32,000 bases of DNA. It comes from Mycolicibacterium smegmatis (GTDB lineage: Bacteria; Actinomycetota; Actinomycetes; Mycobacteriales; Mycobacteriaceae). The notes beneath the pieces were generated by a model. That model searched no databases. It had not been told where the DNA came from and saw only the letters and a list, made by a program, of their open reading frames with translations. Each line of letters starts with the position of its first letter. The first letter of the stretch is position 1. Shown here one piece after another: positions 29,150 through 32,000 of the stretch. The translations under genes and the position numbers were made by a program. The stretch lies in contig NZ_LN831039.1 in assembly GCF_001457595.1 (NCBI RefSeq), positions 4,110,001 through 4,142,000 on the forward strand. Direction: 5' to 3'.

Positions 29150-30379
29150 ATGTCGCTGGTCACGCAGGCTCGGGAAATGGCCGACGACCTCGTCCACCTC
29201 CGCCGCGCCCTGCATCAGGAACCCGAGGTCGGCCTGAACCTGCCGCGCACGCAGGAGCGGGTGCTGGCGGCGCTCGAAGGCCTGCCGCTGGAGATCACGA
29301 CCGGGACGAACTGCACGTCGGTGACCGCCGTGTTGCGCGGGCACGGAGACGGTGTGGTGCTTCTACGCGCGGATATGGACGCCCTGCCCGTTCAGGAACA
29401 CACCGGTCTCGACTACACCTCCCGGATCGACGGGGCGATGCACGGGTGCGGCCACGACCTGCACACCGCCATGCTCGTGGGCGCGGCGCACCTACTCGCC
29501 GCCCAGCGCGAAAAGCTCCACGGGGACGTGGTGTTCATGTTCCAGCCGGGCGAAGAAGGCTGGGAAGGCGCCCGGACGATGATCGACGAGGGTGTGCTGG
29601 ATGCGGCCGGACGCCGCCCGGACGCCGCCTACGCGCTGCACGTGTTCTCCACCCTCGGCCCGGCAGGCACCTTCTTCAGCCGCCCTGGTGTCGCGCTCGC
29701 GGCGTCGGCGACCTTGCGGGTGACCGTCCGCGGCGAGGGCGGCCACGGTTCGACACCGCATCTGGCCAAGGATCCTGTTCCCGTCCTCGCCGAGATGGTG
29801 ACCGCGCTGCAGACTGCCGTCACCCGACAGTTCGATGTGTTCGACCCCGTCGTGCTGACGATCGGCGTTCTACGGGCGGGTACGCGCAGCAACATCATTC
29901 CCGCGACAGCCACGTTCGAGGCCACCATCCGCACGTTCTCGGTCGAATCGTCGAGGCGGATCCGCGACATCGCCCTGCGGTTGGTCTCCGGGATCGCCGA
30001 CGCCCACGGCGTCGACGTCGACGCCGACTACGCCGAGGGACGCCCGCCCACCGTGAACGACCCCGATGAGACGGCGCTCGCCCGCGAGGTGATCATCGAG
30101 ACCCTCGGTGAGAACCGATATGCCCCGCTGGCCAACCCCTTCACCGGTGCGGAGGACTTCGCACGGGTACTCGACGAGGTGCCCGGATGCTTCGTTGCAC
30201 TCGGCGCGCTCCCGCCGGGCGCCGACCCCGACAAGGCGGCCTACAACCACAGTCCCCAGGCGGTGTTCGACGACTCGGTCCTGCCCGACGGCGCAGCACT
30301 TTACGCCGAACTCGCCCATCGCAGGCTCAACGTCAACTCGGGGGCCACATCCGGGGCCACGACCCAGAAAGGCCGCTGA
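29150..30379 (+). CDS. M20-family amidohydrolase (hippurate hydrolase/N-acyl-amino-acid deacylase-like)
   Basis: LRRALHQEPEVGLNLPRTQ, LLRADMDALPVQEHTGLDYTS, MHGCGHDLHTAMLVGAA, MFQPGEEGWEGARTMIDEG. Confidence 0.94.
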   Translation: MSLVTQAREMADDLVHLRRALHQEPEVGLNLPRTQERVLAALEGLPLEITTGTNCTSVTAVLRGHGDGVVLLRADMDALPVQEHTGLDYTSRIDGAMHGCGHDLHTAMLVGAAHLLAAQREKLHGDVVFMFQPGEEGWEGARTMIDEGVLDAAGRRPDAAYALHVFSTLGPAGTFFSRPGVALAASATLRVTVRGEGGHGSTPHLAKDPVPVLAEMVTALQTAVTRQFDVFDPVVLTIGVLRAGTRSNIIPATATFEATIRTFSVESSRRIRDIALRLVSGIADAHGVDVDADYAEGRPPTVNDPDETALAREVIIETLGENRYAPLANPFTGAEDFARVLDEVPGCFVALGALPPGADPDKAAYNHSPQAVFDDSVLPDGAALYAELAHRRLNVNSGATSGATTQKGR

Positions 30380-31656
30380 TGCACCAGACGATTCAACCCC
30401 GCACGACGTCACCGACCCGGCGTACGCCGCAACTGATCGGCACCGCGTTGGGCCACGCACTGGAGTGGTACGACTGGGGCATTTACGCGATCTTCGTGCC
30501 GTTCTTCGCCACCCAGTTCTTCGATGACAGCAACCAGTTGTCGGCGGTGTTGTCGAGCCTCGCGGTGTTCGCGGTCGGGTTCGTCGCACGCCCGGTCGGT
30601 GGATTCGTGTTCGGTTGGCTGGCCGATCGTGCCGGACGACGCACGGCGATGATGGCGACCGTGGTGACGATCGCCGCGGCGAGCTTCGCCATCGGCGTCG
30701 CACCGACATACGCCGAGATCGGCGCGTGGGCATCGCTGATCCTGCTGCTGGCCCGCATCGTTCAGGGTCTCGCCTGCGGCGGCGAACTGCCCTCGGCCCA
30801 GACCTACCTGTCAGAGATCGCCCCCGCGAATCGGCGCGGTGTCTGGTCGAGCATCATCTACATCTCCAGCGTCTTCGGCAACACAGTGGGTGTACTGCTC
30901 GGCCTGGTGCTGACGCTCACCCTGTCCGAGGCCGACATGCACGCCTACGGCTGGCGGATCCCGTTCCTCCTGGGCGGCGTGTTCGGTCTCGTGGCCATCT
31001 ACATGCGACGAAAAATGCCCGAGACCGAGGCCTTCACCCAGGCGGATCGCCGACGCCCTCGACTGTGGCCCGAACTCGTCCGCCACCGCGGGCAGGCGCT
31101 GCGCGTCATCGGCCTGTCCGTCGGGTTCACGGTGTTCTACTACTCGTGGGTGGTGGCCGCACCCGCCTACGCGATCAGCTCGCTGCACGTGTCGTCGGCC
31201 GGGGCGCTGTGGGCCGGCGTGACGTCGAGCATCCTCCTGATGGCGTTGATGCCGTTGTGGGGCAGACTGTCTGATCGCATCGGTCGCAAACCCGTCCTGC
31301 TCATCTCGACGGTCGGTGGTGCGGCGACGCTCTTTCCGGTGCAGTTCCTGGTGCGCGACAGCGCCTGGCAACTGTTCGCGGGTATGACGATCGCCGCAGT
31401 GTTCATCTCCGCCGGGGTGTCCATCCTGCCCGCGGTGTACGCCGAGATGTTCCCCACCGGAATCCGTGCGCTCGGTCTGGCAGTGCCGTACTCCGTGGCC
31501 GTAGCGGTATTCGGCGGGACGGCCCCGTACCTGCAGACGTGGATCGGCGCGAACCTGGGACCGCTCTTCTACACCGGATACTGCGTGTTGCTGCTGCTGG
31601 CCTCCACACTGGTGATCATCAGGATGCCGGAGACCCGCGGAAAGGACCTGACGTGA
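30379..31656 (+). CDS. MFS transporter (MHS type)
   Basis: ATG 30379 overlaps the M20 stop (TGATG); LGHALEWYDWGIYAIFVPFFATQFF, GWLADRAGRRTAMM, RIVQGLACGGELPSAQTYLSEIAPANRRG. Confidence 0.92.
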   Translation: MHQTIQPRTTSPTRRTPQLIGTALGHALEWYDWGIYAIFVPFFATQFFDDSNQLSAVLSSLAVFAVGFVARPVGGFVFGWLADRAGRRTAMMATVVTIAAASFAIGVAPTYAEIGAWASLILLLARIVQGLACGGELPSAQTYLSEIAPANRRGVWSSIIYISSVFGNTVGVLLGLVLTLTLSEADMHAYGWRIPFLLGGVFGLVAIYMRRKMPETEAFTQADRRRPRLWPELVRHRGQALRVIGLSVGFTVFYYSWVVAAPAYAISSLHVSSAGALWAGVTSSILLMALMPLWGRLSDRIGRKPVLLISTVGGAATLFPVQFLVRDSAWQLFAGMTIAAVFISAGVSILPAVYAEMFPTGIRALGLAVPYSVAVAVFGGTAPYLQTWIGANLGPLFYTGYCVLLLLASTLVIIRMPETRGKDLT

Positions 31657-32000
31657 ATGCTTCCCTGCTCGACGCCCTTGCCGCCGCGCGGCCACGAATC
31701 ATCGACCTCGCGCAACCTCTGCAGGAGGGAATGCCCTGCTCCCCCACACATCCCGGGTTCCGCATGGCGCTCAGCCGCAGGCACGGCGACGTCGCGCGTC
31801 CGGACGGGATGACGGGTTCACACGAAATGCTCGTCCTCGGCGGACACGTCGGCACCCACATGGACGCACTCGCCCACGTCGCGGTCGACGGCTACTTCCA
31901 CGGCGGCACACCGGTCACCGTGACCGACGGACGCTATGCCAGTCACGGGATCGACGAGGTTCCACCGCTGGTATGCCGGGGTGTGCTCGTCGACGTGCCA
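31653..32000 (+). CDS. Cyclase family protein (kynurenine formamidase-like), 3' truncated by window edge
   Basis: Not in the ORF track; GTG 31653 overlaps the MFS stop (GTGA) and stays open to the end: NASLLDALAAARPRIIDLAQPLQEGMPCSPTHPG...GGHVGTHMDALAHVAVDGYFHGG, with the HxGTHxDxxxH metal-binding motif. Confidence 0.88.
   Translation, partial: MNASLLDALAAARPRIIDLAQPLQEGMPCSPTHPGFRMALSRRHGDVARPDGMTGSHEMLVLGGHVGTHMDALAHVAVDGYFHGGTPVTVTDGRYASHGIDEVPPLVCRGVLVDVP

Overview
High-GC actinobacterial chromosomal segment. From recall, the first complete CDS looks Mycolicibacterium smegmatis-like. It carries about 20 confidently recognisable CDSs: lactate 2-monooxygenase divergent from a ThDP pyruvate oxidase/dehydrogenase; two small tandem Thr/Pro-rich lipoproteins; a WYL regulator; an amidase with a LysR regulator; a hyuA/hyuB pair with a PucR regulator; TetR and LLM-oxidoreductase genes; a class C (AmpC-type) beta-lactamase; a two-armed acyl-CoA catabolic locus (GntR, two family III CoA-transferase/racemase proteins, acyl-CoA dehydrogenase // MFS, acyl-CoA ligase, FAD oxidoreductase); and an Lrp regulator divergent from an M20 amidohydrolase-MFS-cyclase operon that runs off the window. 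The most interesting feature is an apparently intact IS110-family element inserted in the divergent promoter region of the acyl-CoA locus. Its 262-nt left non-coding end can be read as a bridge RNA: two successive loops contain guide-like words that match, next to a CT core, the host target (left GCCACCT, right CTAACCT) and the element's own joined ends (right end TGGGATGT-CT, left end CT-AATGG). This places the element at about 21897-23391 (1495 bp) and predicts the empty site. Other observations include a hairpin abutting a hydrolase start codon, a LysR T-N11-A palindrome, repeated operator-like motifs shared by three promoters of the acyl-CoA locus, and a pair of lipoproteins sharing a PTGGNLFTP motif. 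All calls were made by eye, with no database search or folding run.
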